Source of the DNA: Patescibacteria group bacterium
GTDB taxonomy: Bacteria > Patescibacteriota > Minisyncoccia > Portnoybacterales > GWB1-42-6
Direction of reading: 5' to 3'
Assembly (NCBI GenBank): GCA_022709865.1
Contig: JAKLIA010000001.1
Coordinates: 297,273 to 361,272, forward strand
Length of the DNA: 64,000 nt
Position numbers and translations under genes: made by a program. The notes beneath the pieces are model-generated. The model did no database searches. It had not been told where the DNA came from and saw nothing but the letters and a program-made list of their open reading frames with translations. Below are positions 48,901-60,609 of the stretch, one piece after another (position 1 is the first letter of the stretch; the number at the start of each line of letters is the position of its first letter).

Positions 48901-49149
48901 GGCTATGGCGCTTCCCATACCTTGCAGGAAGTTTTAACAATTAAATCCGATGACGTGCTGGGCCGGGCGAATGCCTACGACGCGATAATCCGGGGCTTGC
49001 CGATTAAGGCGCCTCATGTGCCGGCATCATTTAATGTTTTGGTTTCTGAGCTTAAGGCTTTGGCGCTGGCGGTGGACTTAGTGGGCGTTAAAGAAGAGCC
49101 GGATCAGGATGAGCGGGGACCGGCGGAAAAAGAAACGGTGCGAGAATAA
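45943..49149 (+). CDS. rpoB: DNA-directed RNA polymerase subunit beta
   Basis: 1068 aa with canonical beta motifs (e.g. GxxxAxxxGNMQRQAV, NADFDGD-region partner, rifampicin cluster region). Confidence 0.95.
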   Translation: MKDKFFGKHPNIMPLPDLIEVQLDSFKWFRDKGLKELFEEVSPIRDWSGKDLDLYFADYYFDEPKYTELEAKKQNVSFEAPLRVKLRLVNRKTQEVKEQEIYLGEFPLMTEQGTFIVNGVERVVVSQLIRSSGVFFTANNVRGRKLFGAKIIPNRGAWLEFETDYDNAIYVKIDRKRKVPVTALLRAFGISDDDSLLATFKDVDNNPDNHFIEATIKRDASRNQGEGFIEVYKRLRPGDLATVDNAQQMIEAMFFDFERYDMAKVGRWKFNLRLNLNVPLDKENRILRPEDLVMVIKEIIKLNNTPGAQPDDIDHLANRRVRALGELLQNKLRVGMARIERIAKDRMTTLDVAAITPAQLVNIRPFMAAVKEFFTTSQLSQFMDQVNPLAELEHKRRISAMGPGGLTRERAGFEVRDVHTTYYGRICPIQTPEGPNIGLIGTLASFARVNEYGFLETPYRKVKNGRVTEELVYMNAYEEQKFSIAHAGMPLTKDGHFVDERVEARVHGQAAITKPERIGYMDVSPQQFISVATSLIPFLEHDDATRALMGSNMQRQAVSCIKPDAPLVGTGVERKAALDSGQLIVARQDGEIAEVDADHIVIKTKDSKKYTYLLQTFSRTNQFTSIDQHPVVKKGTKVKKGDVLAKGAAIDKDRLALGQNLLVAFLSWRGSNFEDAIILSEKVLHKDRFTSIHIEDFSCHVRETKLGPEITTPDIPNVGEERLKDLDEEGIVRIGAEVGPNDILVGKISPKGEADLTAEERLLRAIFGEKARDVKDTSLRMPYGKRGRIIGIKVFSREKGDKLPVGVIKTIQVEVAQLRKVMVGDKLAGRHGNKGVISKVLPVEEMPYLADGTPVDIILNPLGVASRMNIGQILETHLGLAAHTLDYLAQTPALDGATEGEIKEELKKAGYPEDGKVVLYDGHTGEPFGQKVTVGYIYIMKLHHLVEDKIHMRSIGPYSLITQQPLGGKAQFGGQRFGEMEVWALEGYGASHTLQEVLTIKSDDVLGRANAYDAIIRGLPIKAPHVPASFNVLVSELKALALAVDLVGVKEEPDQDERGPAEKETVRE

Positions 49150-49184
49150 TCTTTTTAGAAAGAGAGATAAAATTATTAAGTAAT

Positions 49185-52100
49185 ATGCCAAATTATAAAG
49201 TCAGTGATTTTAAAGCCATCAAATTAAAACTCGCTTCACCCGAGGAGATTTTGAAATGGTCTTATGGCGAAGTAACAAAACCGGAAACCATCAACTACCG
49301 GACCCAAAAGCCGGAAAAAGACGGTCTGTTTTGTGAAAAGATATTCGGTCCGGAAAAGGATTGGGAATGTTATTGCGGGAAATATCGCCGAATCCGCTAT
49401 AAGGGAATCATTTGCGACAAGTGCGGTGTGGAAGTGACCCGGGCCATCGTGCGCCGGGAACGCATGGGCCATATTACTTTGGCTTCGCCGGTTTCGCATA
49501 TCTGGTTTTTGCGCGGCGTGCCTTCCAAGATCGGCTTGATCTTAGATCTGTCTGTTCAAGATTTGGAAAGAGTGGTTTATTTTGCCAATTATTTGGTGAT
49601 CAAAGTTGATGAGGCAGCGCGGGAGAAAATGCTGGACGAAATCGAGAAAGAATATAAACAAAAAGTAAAAAGTTTGCCCACCGATGCCAAACTTCAAGAA
49701 AAACAATCTTTGAAAGAGCAACGGGATAAGAGCTTGGCAGAACTGAAAAGCTTGCAGGCGCTACAAACAATTTCTGAAAATGATTATTACGAACTGAGCG
49801 TGAAATACGGCCAGGTTTTTGAGGCGGCAATTGGCGCGGAAGCCGTGCACAAAGCTTTGTCCAGAGTTGATTTGAATGTTTTGAAAGAAGAATTGATGAT
49901 CGAAAAAGAAAAGGCTTCAGACTTGGCTCAGAAAAAAGCGGCTAAGCGCTTGAGGGTGGTGGCGGGAATGATCCATGCTAATTTGCGGCCGGAATGGATG
50001 ATATTGACTGTTTTGCCGGTGTTGCCGCCAGATCTGCGGCCAATGGTAGCTTTGGATGGCGGCCGGTTTGCGACGAGCGACTTGAACGATTTATATCGCC
50101 GCGTGATCAACCGCAATAATCGTTTGAAAAAATTATTGGAGTTGAATGCTCCGGAAGTTATTTGCCGCAATGAGCGGCGCATGTTGCAGGAAGCGGTGGA
50201 TGCTTTAATCGACAACTCAGCCCGCCGCGGACAAGGCCCGGTGATGGCTTCAACAGGGCAAAAGCGGCAGCTTCGCTCTTTGGCCGACATGTTAAAAGGC
50301 AAGACCGGCCGATTCCGCCAAAACTTGCTGGGCAAGCGCGTGGACTATTCTGGCCGCTCAGTTATCGTGGTTGGGCCAACTTTGAAGATACATCAATGCG
50401 GTTTGCCAAAACAAATGGCGTTGGAACTCTTTAAGCCTTTTGTTATCCACAAATTGGTGGAGCAGGGCTTGGCTTATAATATTCGCAGCGCCGGGCATTT
50501 AATAGAACTTGAAACCGATGAAGTTTGGGCGATCTTGGAAGAAGTTATCCGCGATAAATATGTTTTGCTGAACCGCGCCCCGACTTTGCATCGGCTCGGT
50601 ATCCAGGCTTTCCAGCCGGTATTGATAGAGGGTTCGGCTATTCAGATCCATCCTCTAGTTTGCCGCGCGTTCAACGCGGACTTTGACGGCGACCAAATGG
50701 CGGTGCATTTGCCATTAACTAATGAAGCGCAAAATGAAGCGGGCAAAATTATGTTGTCTTCTTCTAATTTGCTTAAGCCGGCCACGGGTGAGCCGATCGC
50801 TATTCCGACGCAAGATATGATCTTGGGCTGCTATTGGATGACCAAACTAACCGATGGCGCCAAAGGCGAAGGCCGCTATTTCCAGAACGGCGATGAAGCG
50901 ATTTTGATGTATCAGGCGGGCGAAATTGATTTGAAAGCGAAGATCAAGATAAAGACGCCGGCTAATTATACGGCCGATGTGAAAGAAAAGTTTTTGGAGA
51001 CCTCGGTCGGCCGGGTGATGTTCAACCAAATTATGCCGCCCGAAATTGGGTTTGCGAACGTGGAATTAAAAAAGAAAATGTTGAACTCCTTGGTGGCGGA
51101 AATTATTGATAAATGCGGAATTAAAAAAGCCGCGGAGATTTTGGATAAAATAAAACAGATCGGCTTTGAACACTCAACTAAGTCGGGCATTTCTTGGGGC
51201 ATGAACGACTTAACCGTGCCTAAAGAAAAAGCGGCTTTATTGGAACAAACGGAAAAAGAAGTGGAAACTATCCATAACCAATATTTGGACGGTTTGTTAT
51301 CCCGCGAAGAACGCCGAGCCAGAATTATTGAAACCTGGTTTTCGGCCATTGATAATATCGGCAAATTAGTCGTTAAGGAATTGGATTCCACGGGGCCGGT
51401 GCATTTAATGGTGGATTCGGGCGCGCGCGGTTCTTGGGGCCAAACATCGCAGTTAATGGGTATGAGAGGCTTAATGGTGAGCCCGGCGGGCGATATTATC
51501 GAATTGCCGGTGAAAAGCTGTTTGAAGGACGGCTTGAACGTTTTGGAATATTTCATTTCCACTCACGGCGCCAGAAAAGGCTCTTCCGATACCGCGCTTC
51601 GCACCGCGACGGCCGGTTATTTGACTCGCCGCTTGGTGGACGTTTCGCAGGACGTGGTTATTTCAGAGGTTGATTGCGGCGATAAGAACGGCATCTATAT
51701 TTATCGGGAAGATGGCAAAGAGCTTGGCCGCTCTTTAGCTTCGCGCATTGTTGGCCGGGTGGCGCAGGAAGAAATAAAATCTGGCGACGAGGTTATTGTG
51801 AAGAGAAACTCTTTGATAGATAAATATGCGGCTAAAAAGATCGACGAGCTGGGTCTAGAAAAAATAAAAGTGCGTTCGGTTATTTCTTGCCAATCACGGC
51901 AAGGTATTTGCCAAATGTGCTATGGCTACGACTTAGGCCGCAACCAATTAGTTAAATTGGGTGAAGCGGTGGGTATTGTGACCGCCCAAGCTATTGGTGA
52001 GCCGGGCACACAGTTAACCATGAGAACTTTCCATACCGGCGGTGTGGCTCAGGCTGGCGACATCACTCAAGGTTTGCCGCGCGTGCAGGAAATCTTTGAA

Positions 52101-52868
52101 TGCCAATTGCCAAAAGGCAAGGCGCTGGTTTCGGAGATCGACGGCAAAGTCATTGAAATTAAAGCCATTGGCTCCTCCAATATAATGAAAATAAAGGGCA
52201 TGAACTTGCCAAAGAAAGATGGCGAGCCGGTGAAAAAATCCGGTAAAAAGAAAGCGGTTAAGCCAGAAAACTTTGAAGAACAGGAAAAAGAATACACAGT
52301 TCCAATTAGAACGACTTTGTGGGTAAAAGAAGGGGATTTGGTAACCAAGGGCCAGCAGCTAAGCGAAGGGCATGTGGACCTAAAAGAGCTTTTCAAGCTT
52401 TCCGGCAAAGAAGAAGTTCAGCGCTATATTACCAAAGAGGTGCAAAATATTTATATCTCGCAAGGTGAAGGCATTAACGATAAGCATATAGAGATCATTA
52501 TCAAAAAAATGTTCTCCCGCGTGCGCGTTAAGGAGGTTGGCGCCACTAATTTGCTAGTTGGCGATGTGGTTGAAAAACAAAGATTTTTGGTGGAAAACGA
52601 TATTCAGCGCGCTTTGGGAGATAAGGGCAAAACTGCCACAGCTGTTCAATTGTTGCTCGGCATCTCTAAAGTTGCTTTGAGCACCGAAAGCTGGTTATCG
52701 GCGGCTTCCTTCCAAGAAACAACCAAGGTTTTGATCAACGCTGCTGCTCAAGCAAAAGAAGACCATTTGCGCGGTTTGAAAGAGAATGTGATTATCGGGC
52801 GCTTAATTCCGGCCGGCACCGGCTATCGGACTTTGGAAGAACAGGAAGAAGATAGAAAAGAAAAGTAA
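49185..52868 (+). CDS. rpoC: DNA-directed RNA polymerase subunit beta'
   Basis: Zn-finger CYCGKY...CDKCG, catalytic NADFDGDQM, 1227 aa. Confidence 0.95.
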   Translation: MPNYKVSDFKAIKLKLASPEEILKWSYGEVTKPETINYRTQKPEKDGLFCEKIFGPEKDWECYCGKYRRIRYKGIICDKCGVEVTRAIVRRERMGHITLASPVSHIWFLRGVPSKIGLILDLSVQDLERVVYFANYLVIKVDEAAREKMLDEIEKEYKQKVKSLPTDAKLQEKQSLKEQRDKSLAELKSLQALQTISENDYYELSVKYGQVFEAAIGAEAVHKALSRVDLNVLKEELMIEKEKASDLAQKKAAKRLRVVAGMIHANLRPEWMILTVLPVLPPDLRPMVALDGGRFATSDLNDLYRRVINRNNRLKKLLELNAPEVICRNERRMLQEAVDALIDNSARRGQGPVMASTGQKRQLRSLADMLKGKTGRFRQNLLGKRVDYSGRSVIVVGPTLKIHQCGLPKQMALELFKPFVIHKLVEQGLAYNIRSAGHLIELETDEVWAILEEVIRDKYVLLNRAPTLHRLGIQAFQPVLIEGSAIQIHPLVCRAFNADFDGDQMAVHLPLTNEAQNEAGKIMLSSSNLLKPATGEPIAIPTQDMILGCYWMTKLTDGAKGEGRYFQNGDEAILMYQAGEIDLKAKIKIKTPANYTADVKEKFLETSVGRVMFNQIMPPEIGFANVELKKKMLNSLVAEIIDKCGIKKAAEILDKIKQIGFEHSTKSGISWGMNDLTVPKEKAALLEQTEKEVETIHNQYLDGLLSREERRARIIETWFSAIDNIGKLVVKELDSTGPVHLMVDSGARGSWGQTSQLMGMRGLMVSPAGDIIELPVKSCLKDGLNVLEYFISTHGARKGSSDTALRTATAGYLTRRLVDVSQDVVISEVDCGDKNGIYIYREDGKELGRSLASRIVGRVAQEEIKSGDEVIVKRNSLIDKYAAKKIDELGLEKIKVRSVISCQSRQGICQMCYGYDLGRNQLVKLGEAVGIVTAQAIGEPGTQLTMRTFHTGGVAQAGDITQGLPRVQEIFECQLPKGKALVSEIDGKVIEIKAIGSSNIMKIKGMNLPKKDGEPVKKSGKKKAVKPENFEEQEKEYTVPIRTTLWVKEGDLVTKGQQLSEGHVDLKELFKLSGKEEVQRYITKEVQNIYISQGEGINDKHIEIIIKKMFSRVRVKEVGATNLLVGDVVEKQRFLVENDIQRALGDKGKTATAVQLLLGISKVALSTESWLSAASFQETTKVLINAAAQAKEDHLRGLKENVIIGRLIPAGTGYRTLEEQEEDRKEK

Positions 52869-52880
52869 AAAAATAGTTGA

Positions 52881-52909
52881 AAAAATCCCCGCGTGTTGCG
52901 GGGATTTTT
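52881..52909 (+). terminator. rho-independent terminator after rpoC
   Basis: aaaatccccgcgtgttgcggggattttt. Confidence 0.8.
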
Positions 52910-53040
52910 AGTTATAGAGAGGGGTTTGCTTGATTTTGCAATGTTTTATATAATAGGAGTATGCAGGACCCAACAGACGAATAGTTAAGAAAGGGTATAA
53001 TTTTTATATTTTATCCAGGCCAGGCTTGGAATAAATTAAT

Positions 53041-55254
53041 ATGGCTAAAAAATATAATAGCGGTTTTAAGTTTAAAGGTCCCAAGTTAAGTTTGCACGCC
53101 GAAACAAAAAAGGGGATTATAGCGGTTTTACTTTTTGTTGGTGCTTTAATAACAGCCTTAAGCGCTTTTGGCGCGGCCGGTGAAGCCGGCAATTTTTTAT
53201 ATCATTACCTTGGCCTGCTTTTTGGCTGGGGTTATTTTTTGGTTCCGCTATCTTTGATTCTAGGCGGGATAGCCATTTTAAAGTCTTTGCATGAAGAATT
53301 ATACGGCACGCCTTTTTGGGGCATCGGATTGTTTTTGCTTAGCTTTTTAGGCTTTTTGCAAATGATCTTAGGGAGCCAAATAGAAAGCGGTCGAGGCGGC
53401 GGATATTTAGGCGTGGCGGTGGTTTATCCTTTTATGAAGTTCTTGGGCGTCTACGCCAGCTATATTATTTTAGTCGGCTTGATCTTTGTTTCGTTGCTTA
53501 TCTCGTTTAATATCTCTTTAAAAAAATTAGCGGACTTTATCTTTGACCGCGGCAAAAAATCGGGCAAAGATTTTATTAAAAATGCCGAGCAAGTAAAAAC
53601 CGAAGGCGGCGGAGCTTTGGATTCTTTTATGCAAAAAATAATGCCAGCTCCTGGTTTTAAAGTTAAAAACTTAGGCGTGGCGGAAAAAGACGGCAAGTCT
53701 TCCGTGCCGCCGGTAGTGGAAAGTAAAGAAGAAAAGAAAGCCAAGAAAGATGAAATGTTGCTATTGCAAAGCAAAATGACGATGGCCGACTATAAGTTTC
53801 CGCCAATTGATCTGCTGGAACCTGATTCTGGCGAGCCTACCAGCGGCGATATTAAAGCCAACGCCAATATTATCAAGCGCACTTTGCAGCACTTTGGCAT
53901 AGAAGTGGAAATGGCGGAAGTGAATATCGGCCCCACTGTCACGCAATACACTTTCAGGCCCGCGCAAGGCGTTAAACTTTCCAAAATAACCACTTTGCAA
54001 AACGACTTATCGATGTCTTTGGCCGCGCATCCCATCCGTATCGAAGCGCCAATTCCCGGGCGCTCTCTGGTTGGCATAGAATTGCCTAACAAAGCAGTTA
54101 TGAAAGTGCGCTTAAAGAATCTAATCGAACAGCCAGATTTTGCCCAAAACCATAAGATGCTTACCATCGCTTTGGGCCGCGACGTGGCAGGTATGCCGGT
54201 TTATGCGGGCCTCGAAAAAATGCCGCATATGTTGGTGGCCGGCGCCACAGGCACGGGCAAAACCATTTGTTTAAACTCCATTATTACAAGCTTGCTATAC
54301 AGGCAGGCGCCTAATTTTTTGAAATTGATTTTGATCGATCCTAAGCGCGTGGAGTTTCCGGTTTATAACGGGTTGCCGCACTTGTTGACCCCGGTTATTG
54401 TTGAGCCGGAAAAAATGGTCAATGCTTTGCGCTGGGCGGTTTCGGAAATGGAACGGCGGTTTGGAGTGCTTTCCGAAGTACAGGCGCGGGATATAATTTC
54501 TTATAATAAAAAATTCGTTGATGGCGAAATAGACGAGCCTTTGCCTTATATTGTTATTATCGTGGACGAATTAGCAGACTTAATGATGTCTCATGGCCGA
54601 GAGGTGGAAGCCACGGTGGTGAGGCTGGCGCAAATGTCGCGGGCAGTCGGCATCCATTTGGTTCTGGCCACTCAGCGGCCGTCGGTAGAAGTTATTACGG
54701 GTTTGATCAAGGCTAACATTACTTCACGCGTGGCATTTCAGGTGGCTTCACAAATTGATTCGCGCACTATCTTGGATAGTTCCGGCGCCGATAAATTATT
54801 GGGGAGCGGAGACTTGCTGTTTTTGTCGGGAGATGTGGCTAAGCCCCGCCGCGTGCAGGGAACTTTCGTTTCAGATAAAGAAGTGAAAAAAGTGGTGGAG
54901 TTTTTAGCTAAACAAAACACGGCAGCGGATTTTGCCGATGATATCACTCAGGCACGCACCGCCCAGGGAGCAATTTTTGGCGGCAACTCCTCTAGCAGTG
55001 ATAATGGCGGAGATGATGATTTATATAATGAAGCTAAGGAAGTGGTAATCCAAAGCGGGAAAGCCTCAGCTTCGCTGCTGCAGCGGCGGTTGCGCGTGGG
55101 CTATGCGCGGGCAGCCAGGCTTCTTGATATGCTTGAAGATAATGGCGTGGTGGGGCCGGGAGACGGAGCTAAACCCCGCGAGGTTTTGGTTGATGGTTTG
55201 CCCGGAGTTCCGGGAAACCCCAAAGAGGGCGATGAAGAAGCAAATGTGTTTTAA
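53041..55254 (+). CDS. ftsK: DNA translocase FtsK/SpoIIIE
   Basis: N-terminal 4 TM, linker, motor domain with Walker A GATGTGKT and Walker B IVIVDELADL, C-terminal winged-helix gamma domain (LLQRRLRVGYARAARLLDMLE). Confidence 0.9.
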   Translation: MAKKYNSGFKFKGPKLSLHAETKKGIIAVLLFVGALITALSAFGAAGEAGNFLYHYLGLLFGWGYFLVPLSLILGGIAILKSLHEELYGTPFWGIGLFLLSFLGFLQMILGSQIESGRGGGYLGVAVVYPFMKFLGVYASYIILVGLIFVSLLISFNISLKKLADFIFDRGKKSGKDFIKNAEQVKTEGGGALDSFMQKIMPAPGFKVKNLGVAEKDGKSSVPPVVESKEEKKAKKDEMLLLQSKMTMADYKFPPIDLLEPDSGEPTSGDIKANANIIKRTLQHFGIEVEMAEVNIGPTVTQYTFRPAQGVKLSKITTLQNDLSMSLAAHPIRIEAPIPGRSLVGIELPNKAVMKVRLKNLIEQPDFAQNHKMLTIALGRDVAGMPVYAGLEKMPHMLVAGATGTGKTICLNSIITSLLYRQAPNFLKLILIDPKRVEFPVYNGLPHLLTPVIVEPEKMVNALRWAVSEMERRFGVLSEVQARDIISYNKKFVDGEIDEPLPYIVIIVDELADLMMSHGREVEATVVRLAQMSRAVGIHLVLATQRPSVEVITGLIKANITSRVAFQVASQIDSRTILDSSGADKLLGSGDLLFLSGDVAKPRRVQGTFVSDKEVKKVVEFLAKQNTAADFADDITQARTAQGAIFGGNSSSSDNGGDDDLYNEAKEVVIQSGKASASLLQRRLRVGYARAARLLDMLEDNGVVGPGDGAKPREVLVDGLPGVPGNPKEGDEEANVF

Positions 55255-55481
55255 AGCGTTTTGTCCAAAATCTAGAGTCATCAGACAAATAGATTTTGGC
55301 AGCAAAACCTTACCCGCCCTAATTTCCAAGGAAATACTTTGATGTTCCGACAGATAAGAGCGAAGCGGCTTAGCCTGTCTTGATTGGAGCGCCAAGAACA
55401 TGGATGGAAATTGAGGCGGGTGCTCAATTTTGTAGCTAAAAATTATTTAGCTACGCAAAATAATTTTAAGACAAAATTGGC

Positions 55482-56150
55482 ATGGTATTTACCGCAAAAA
55501 AAGTTGAAGCACCGCCAAGTTTTGGCGAAAAATTAAAAACAGCTAGGGAGGAAGCTGGTCTGACCAAAGAAAAAGTCGTCCAGCTTTTAAGTTTGCCGGC
55601 AAAATATTTGGACTATTTGGAGAATGGAGAAATAGAAAAATTGCCAGCCGATGTTTATTCTAAAGGGATTCTGCGCAAATACGCTAAGCTCATATCTCTT
55701 GATGAAAAAGAATTAGTGGGTGAATACGAGAAAGAATCCCGGATAGCCAGCCATTTAAAAAATCAGGCGCACCAGGCTTTGCCGACTCTGCGTTCCCGGA
55801 GGTTTATTATCACGCCAAAGACTTTAAGTTGGGGCTTGGGAACAGTGGTATTATTTTTGGTTATAGGCTATTTTTTTTATCAGCTGCATTTTTTATTAAG
55901 CCCGCCGAGCCTTAAGATTTTTGAACCGGCTGAAGCCGATTTTATAGCGGAAAGCTCATCGGTTTTGTTCAAAGGACAAGCTGAGCCAGGGGTTAAATTG
56001 ACAATTAACGGGCAACAAAGCTATATTGATAAAGACGGTAATTTTGAGCAGGAAATAAGCTTATTCCAAGGATTAAATATTATAAAAGTTGAAGCAGTAA
56101 ACCGTTTTAATAAATCAAGTTCCGAGTTGCGTAGGATCATGTTGAAGTAA
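55482..56150 (+). CDS. rodZ: RodZ-like HTH (XRE) cytoskeleton-associated membrane protein
   Basis: N-terminal [21 protein letters not shown]...[17 protein letters not shown], single TM, C-terminal beta domain. Confidence 0.6.
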   Translation: MVFTAKKVEAPPSFGEKLKTAREEAGLTKEKVVQLLSLPAKYLDYLENGEIEKLPADVYSKGILRKYAKLISLDEKELVGEYEKESRIASHLKNQAHQALPTLRSRRFIITPKTLSWGLGTVVLFLVIGYFFYQLHFLLSPPSLKIFEPAEADFIAESSSVLFKGQAEPGVKLTINGQQSYIDKDGNFEQEISLFQGLNIIKVEAVNRFNKSSSELRRIMLK

Positions 56151-56167
56151 TAAATATTTTTAAATAT

Positions 56168-57190
56168 ATGACTAAACAATCAGAAGGCGAAATGAACGAA
56201 AAGAATAAAGCCCTGAAAACAGCCATCGACGAGATCAAGGAAAAGTTTGGCGAAGGGTCAATTATGAAGCTAGGCGAAGCAGAGCGGGTGAACGTGGACG
56301 CTATCCCAACAGGCTCTATTTCTTTAGATTTGGCGCTAGGAGTGGGTGGTTTCCCTAAGGGCAGGATAATAGAGGTCTATGGGCCAGAATCTAGCGGCAA
56401 GACGACTTTAGCGCTTCATACTGTAGCTCAGGCTCAAAAGAAGGGCGGGCTATGCGCCTTTGTGGATGCCGAACATGCTTTGGACCCGGAATACGCCAAA
56501 CGCATCGGCGTTAAGATAGATAATCTTTTAATTTCCCAGCCCGACACAGGGGAACAGGCTTTGGATATTGTTGAGAGCTTGGTTCGCTCAGCCGCTATTG
56601 ATTTGATAGTGGTGGACTCGGTGGCAGCGCTAACTCCGCGCGCGGAAATTGAAGGCGAGATGGGCCAGCAGCATATGGGCTTGCAGGCTAGGCTTATGAG
56701 CCAGGCTTTGCGGAAGCTCACAGCGATTGTGGCTAAATCCGGAACTAGCGTTATTTTTATTAACCAGATAAGAATGAAGATCGGTATAGTGTTTGGCAAC
56801 CCGGAAGAAACGCCGGGCGGCAAAGCGTTGAAGTTTTATTCTTCGGTTCGGGTGGATGTTCGCCGCACCGCGCAGATCAAACAAGGGGATAATATCATTG
56901 GCAATCGGGTGAAAGTTAAGGTGGTGAAAAATAAAGTAGCTGCGCCTTTTAAAACCGCCGAGTTTGATATTATGTATAACAAAGGCATTTCGTATGAGGG
57001 TGATGTTGTGAATACCGGCGTTAAATACGGCGTGGTTAACAAGGGCGGTGCGTGGTTTAATTATGGCGACATTAAATTAGGGCAAGGCATGGAAGCTTCA
57101 AAAGCTTATTTGCAAGAGAATCCGAAAATCACGGCAGAAATTACCAAAAAGATTAAAGAAGCGGACGAAAAAGAAAATATTTACGCGTAG
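56168..57190 (+). CDS. recA: recombinase RecA
   Basis: [10 protein letters not shown] Walker [10 protein letters not shown], loop L2 motifs; 340 aa. Confidence 0.95.
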   Translation: MTKQSEGEMNEKNKALKTAIDEIKEKFGEGSIMKLGEAERVNVDAIPTGSISLDLALGVGGFPKGRIIEVYGPESSGKTTLALHTVAQAQKKGGLCAFVDAEHALDPEYAKRIGVKIDNLLISQPDTGEQALDIVESLVRSAAIDLIVVDSVAALTPRAEIEGEMGQQHMGLQARLMSQALRKLTAIVAKSGTSVIFINQIRMKIGIVFGNPEETPGGKALKFYSSVRVDVRRTAQIKQGDNIIGNRVKVKVVKNKVAAPFKTAEFDIMYNKGISYEGDVVNTGVKYGVVNKGGAWFNYGDIKLGQGMEASKAYLQENPKITAEITKKIKEADEKENIYA

Positions 57191-57205
57191 TAATCACAAA
57201 GAAAA

Positions 57206-57234
57206 TAAAAAGCGCAGCTAGGCTGCGCTTTTTA
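57206..57234 (+). terminator. rho-independent terminator after recA
   Basis: aaaaagcgcagctaggctgcgcttttt. Confidence 0.8.
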
Positions 57235-58247
57235 TGAAGATGATTATGAAAAAATATCTTACAGGATTTACTGACTTTTCTAAGCATTATTATCACGGCC
57301 TTGTTTTAAAAGGAAAATGGGGAAAAATTATATTTCAAAAACATAAAGAGCCTAGCAATAAATACAATATACCAGGGACTCCATGTTATCACCTAATAAT
57401 CGAAGCTACTTCCGAAGAAAAAGCACTAGAGGCTCTTGATCTCGTTTATGCTTGTATTACAATATTGGCCGGTTACGATGTTGTAGGAATAGAAGATATT
57501 TATTCTTGGCCAGGATTAAAGTTAATCGAGCTGAAGGGTCAGAATGCTTTTCCGACGGTTTTCTTAGGCGGGGATGTATATTTGGCTGGAGTTATGGCTG
57601 CGAGAGCTTCTTTTAACGATAAATTTATTTATGCAATTTATAAGTTATTCTTTAGCTTGAGGAGTTATTCTCGTCCCATAGTAGATTTCGAACCAGGAGA
57701 ACGATTAGAGTCTCCTAATTTAGCAAGTCCCTTTCCTCATAGATTTCGGGTGATGGCTTCTGGTGCAATAAATTTAGCTTTTTCGGCAATTGAAGAACTA
57801 AATTTGAAAATAATACCCAAAGATATAATTCCGGGAACCGAGAAACCCCAATCTAAGGATAATAAGGGCACCATTTTGCCTAAAACAGAGCAAGATATTT
57901 TACTCCGATTAAAAAAGGCAAAAATAAAAACTAGTATTACATATGATTGGGCTGTTAGAGGGGGAAAGAGGCTAATAGAAAATAAAAAACCCTTTATTAA
58001 AAAAGGAAATAAATCATCTTGGTCTGCCGGTTCTAATGTTAGGGACGAAGAAATAACTTTAGTTCAGGCAATTGATAGGAGTTCCTTTTTACGAAGTAGT
58101 GTTTGCGCTCATAGTCTTAGTGGAAAAGAAAAAGATACAAAAAAAATTATAAAAACAGTGTCGCCATACGACATAATGAATGTTCAATATTTAGTAAGAT
58201 GTTTATTATTAGAGACATTAGGAATTATTAAGTTAAAGAGAATATAA
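57234..58247 (+). CDS. AT-rich lineage-specific hypothetical protein (ORFan)
   Basis: 337-aa ORF in strongly AT-rich DNA between recA terminator and a bidirectional terminator; no recognisable motif. Confidence 0.4.
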   Translation: MKMIMKKYLTGFTDFSKHYYHGLVLKGKWGKIIFQKHKEPSNKYNIPGTPCYHLIIEATSEEKALEALDLVYACITILAGYDVVGIEDIYSWPGLKLIELKGQNAFPTVFLGGDVYLAGVMAARASFNDKFIYAIYKLFFSLRSYSRPIVDFEPGERLESPNLASPFPHRFRVMASGAINLAFSAIEELNLKIIPKDIIPGTEKPQSKDNKGTILPKTEQDILLRLKKAKIKTSITYDWAVRGGKRLIENKKPFIKKGNKSSWSAGSNVRDEEITLVQAIDRSSFLRSSVCAHSLSGKEKDTKKIIKTVSPYDIMNVQYLVRCLLLETLGIIKLKRI

Positions 58248-58270
58248 TTTTTATTTGAATTGAAATATAA

Positions 58271-58302
58271 AAAAACCGCTGCTGTTAGCAAGCGGTTTTT
58301 TA
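58271..58302. terminator. bidirectional terminator between convergent genes
   Basis: aaaaaaccgctgctgttagcaagcggtttttt. Confidence 0.75.
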
Positions 58303-58322
58303 AAAAAGGAGTAGTAAATAGA

Positions 58323-58526
58323 TTATTTTTTGGTAAACGGCAGTAAAGCCATAAAGCGGGCGCGTTTAATCGCCGTGGCGAGAATCCGTTGGTGCTTTTG
58401 GCAGGTGCCGGTGCGGCGCGGCGGCAGGATCTTAGCTTGGCCACTTAAAAAATTGCGCAGAATCTCTGTGTTTTTATAATCTAAGGTATTAATATTTTCA
58501 GTGCAGAAATAGCAGGATTTGTTCAT
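58323..58526 (-). CDS. rpsR: 30S ribosomal protein S18
   Basis: CYFC...IDYKN...LRNFLS...KILPRR...[25 protein letters not shown]. Confidence 0.9.
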   Translation of the reverse strand: MNKSCYFCTENINTLDYKNTEILRNFLSGQAKILPPRRTGTCQKHQRILATAIKRARFMALLPFTKK

Positions 58527-58563
58527 AGTTGGATAGCAATTAAGATTTTTAGTAAGTTATTGT

Positions 58564-59046
58564 TTAAAAAGGAATATCTTTAACGTTCACTCCGCTTTGT
58601 TCTTCGTCGTTGCCAAAGTTCATGTTCTCATCGGCATCGATCACAGGAATCTCTTCGTCAGCGGGAGCGGCGGACGGGCCGTTGCTGGCATTGTGGCTGC
58701 TAGGAGCGTCTCCAGCTAAGCCACGCGGGCCAAGCTGCATGTTCTCCATAACTATCTCGGTGCGATAACGCTTGGAGCCGTCTTGGGCTTGCCAGGAGCG
58801 GGTTTGGATTCGGCCTTCAACCAGCACCATTTTTCCTTTATTCAGATAGCGGCTGCAAATATCAGCTAGCTTTCCAAAAGCCACAATATTATGGAACTCG
58901 GCAGTTTGCTGCTTGCCGCCGGATTTATCAGTGTAGACTCGGTTGGTCGCTACGCTGAAATTGGCGACTGATTGGCCGGAAGGCAAAGTTTTTATTTCGA
59001 CATCCCGGGTGACGTTTCCTACGATTATGGCTCGATTGAAGTTCAT
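58564..59046 (-). CDS. ssb: single-stranded DNA-binding protein
   Basis: OB-fold MNFNRAIIVGNVTRD..., Gly/Pro-rich linker, acidic C-terminal tip DIPF. Confidence 0.9.
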   Translation of the reverse strand: MNFNRAIIVGNVTRDVEIKTLPSGQSVANFSVATNRVYTDKSGGKQQTAEFHNIVAFGKLADICSRYLNKGKMVLVEGRIQTRSWQAQDGSKRYRTEIVMENMQLGPRGLAGDAPSSHNASNGPSAAPADEEIPVIDADENMNFGNDEEQSGVNVKDIPF

Positions 59047-59067
59047 GTTTAGATATTTAAATGATAA

Positions 59068-59481
59068 TTATTTTAGTAATTCTTCAAGTTTTTTATCTAA
59101 CTCCTCAATCTTTATTTTTTCTCCCTTGGCGCTGATCTCGCTTTCGGGCAGGGCAGTGGTTATCGGTTTAACTCTGGCTGGGCGCTTAACTTGCGCTTTT
59201 TCATCCATCACGATGATCAAATGCCGCAGAATATCGTTATCTATCTCCAAAAACTTTTTTAAGTCATCTATTTTTTCCGGTTCAGCCTGGAACTCAACGG
59301 TGGCATAAGAGCCGCCGGATTGTTTTTTGATCGGGTAGCTCAACCTTTTTTTCTCGCCGATAAACTCTCTTTTAACTTCGCCGGCTAATTTCTCAACAAT
59401 AAAAGCGCGGACTTTAGCCGCGACAGCGTTTGTATCCAAATCGCCAGAAACCGGGTTTATGATATAGGTTAATTCGTACAT
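59068..59481 (-). CDS. rpsF: 30S ribosomal protein S6
   Basis: MYELTYIINP...; 137 aa; upstream of ssb-rpsR in classic rpsF-ssb-rpsR order. Confidence 0.85.
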   Translation of the reverse strand: MYELTYIINPVSGDLDTNAVAAKVRAFIVEKLAGEVKREFIGEKKRLSYPIKKQSGGSYATVEFQAEPEKIDDLKKFLEIDNDILRHLIIVMDEKAQVKRPARVKPITTALPESEISAKGEKIKIEELDKKLEELLK

Positions 59482-59496
59482 AAAAATATTTATCTT

Positions 59497-60555
59497 TTAG
59501 TTAGTTTTAAACTCAATTACATCTCCATCTTTGACCACGTATTCTTTGCCCTCGGTTTTAAGCAATCCTTTTTCTCGGGCGCTGGCCCAAGAGGAGGCTT
59601 CAAGCAAATCTTTCCAAAAAACCACATCTGCTCGGATAAATCCTTTCTCGAAGTCCGTATGGATCTTGCCGGCAGCTTGAGGAGCCTTGCTGCCTTTGGT
59701 AATTGTCCAAGCGCGGGTTTCGTCCTCGCCGGTGGTTAAGAATGTTTCTAATCCTAATAAAGTATAGCAGGCGGAAATCAATTCGTCAATGCTGTTTTTC
59801 GGGTGTGGCAGAGCTTCTCTCATCTCTTTAGCCGCTTCAAAATCAAGCTCAGAAAGTTCGTTTTCCAGCTTAACATCAAGTTCCAGGGCCGGCGAAGCGC
59901 TGGCCGGGTATTCGATAACCTTTTTATCTGAGGAGCAGTTTATAACGTATAAGACGGGCTTGGCGCTTAAAAGGTTTAAGGCCTTTAAAAACTCGGCCTC
60001 TTTTTCGTTCTTTTCTATATCTTTGGCTGGTTTCCCTTGTTCTAAAAAGGGGATTAAGCGCGATAAAAAAGCGTGTTCCAGCGCTGCTTCCTTATCCCCG
60101 CCTTTTATATTTTTTTCTACTTTGGGCAAATGTTTCTTCAGGGTATCCAGGTCCTTGAATATCAGTTCAAGAGAAATAATTTCGATATCATCTTTTGGTT
60201 GGGGTTGCCCGGAAACATGGATAATATCGGTGCCTTCAAAGGCCCGCACCACTTGCATGATGGCATCGGCTTCGCGGATATTGGCTAAAAATTGGTTGCC
60301 TAGCCCCTCGCCCTGGCTGGCGCCTTTCACTAATCCGGCAATATCGGTAAATTGGATGGCGGTGGGCACGATTTTGGCGGAGTGGGACATTTTAGCTAAG
60401 AGTTCCAGCCGCTCATCTGGCACCTCAACAATGCCGACATTCGGTTCAATAGTGCAAAAGGGATAATTTTGTATATCAACCTGGCGTTTGGTTAGCGCTT
60501 TAAATAAAGTTGATTTGCCTACGTTAGGCAGGCCGACAATTCCGATAGAAAGCAT
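59497..60555 (-). CDS. ychF: ribosome-binding ATPase YchF (Obg-family)
   Basis: GIVGLPNVGKSTLFKALT G1 motif, coiled-coil insertion, C-terminal TGS domain. Confidence 0.85.
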   Translation of the reverse strand: MLSIGIVGLPNVGKSTLFKALTKRQVDIQNYPFCTIEPNVGIVEVPDERLELLAKMSHSAKIVPTAIQFTDIAGLVKGASQGEGLGNQFLANIREADAIMQVVRAFEGTDIIHVSGQPQPKDDIEIISLELIFKDLDTLKKHLPKVEKNIKGGDKEAALEHAFLSRLIPFLEQGKPAKDIEKNEKEAEFLKALNLLSAKPVLYVINCSSDKKVIEYPASASPALELDVKLENELSELDFEAAKEMREALPHPKNSIDELISACYTLLGLETFLTTGEDETRAWTITKGSKAPQAAGKIHTDFEKGFIRADVVFWKDLLEASSWASAREKGLLKTEGKEYVVKDGDVIEFKTN

Positions 60556-60609
60556 AAAAAATAAAAGATTTATCCTAATATTTTTTTATGGTATAATAAA
60601 AATAAGATT

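Noticed and set aside
46525-52408. Numerous antisense and alternative-frame ORFs inside rpoB/rpoC (e.g. 46525-47076, 46680-47201, 47775-48284, 50966-51562)
   Set aside because: They sit within strongly conserved RNAP coding sequence on the opposite strand or in other frames, as is typical of long open frames in GC-moderate coding DNA.
59789-60466. 225-aa + ORF and 71-aa ORF inside ychF
   Set aside because: They are antisense to the well-supported YchF GTPase gene and Ser/Ala-rich as expected for antisense of coding DNA.
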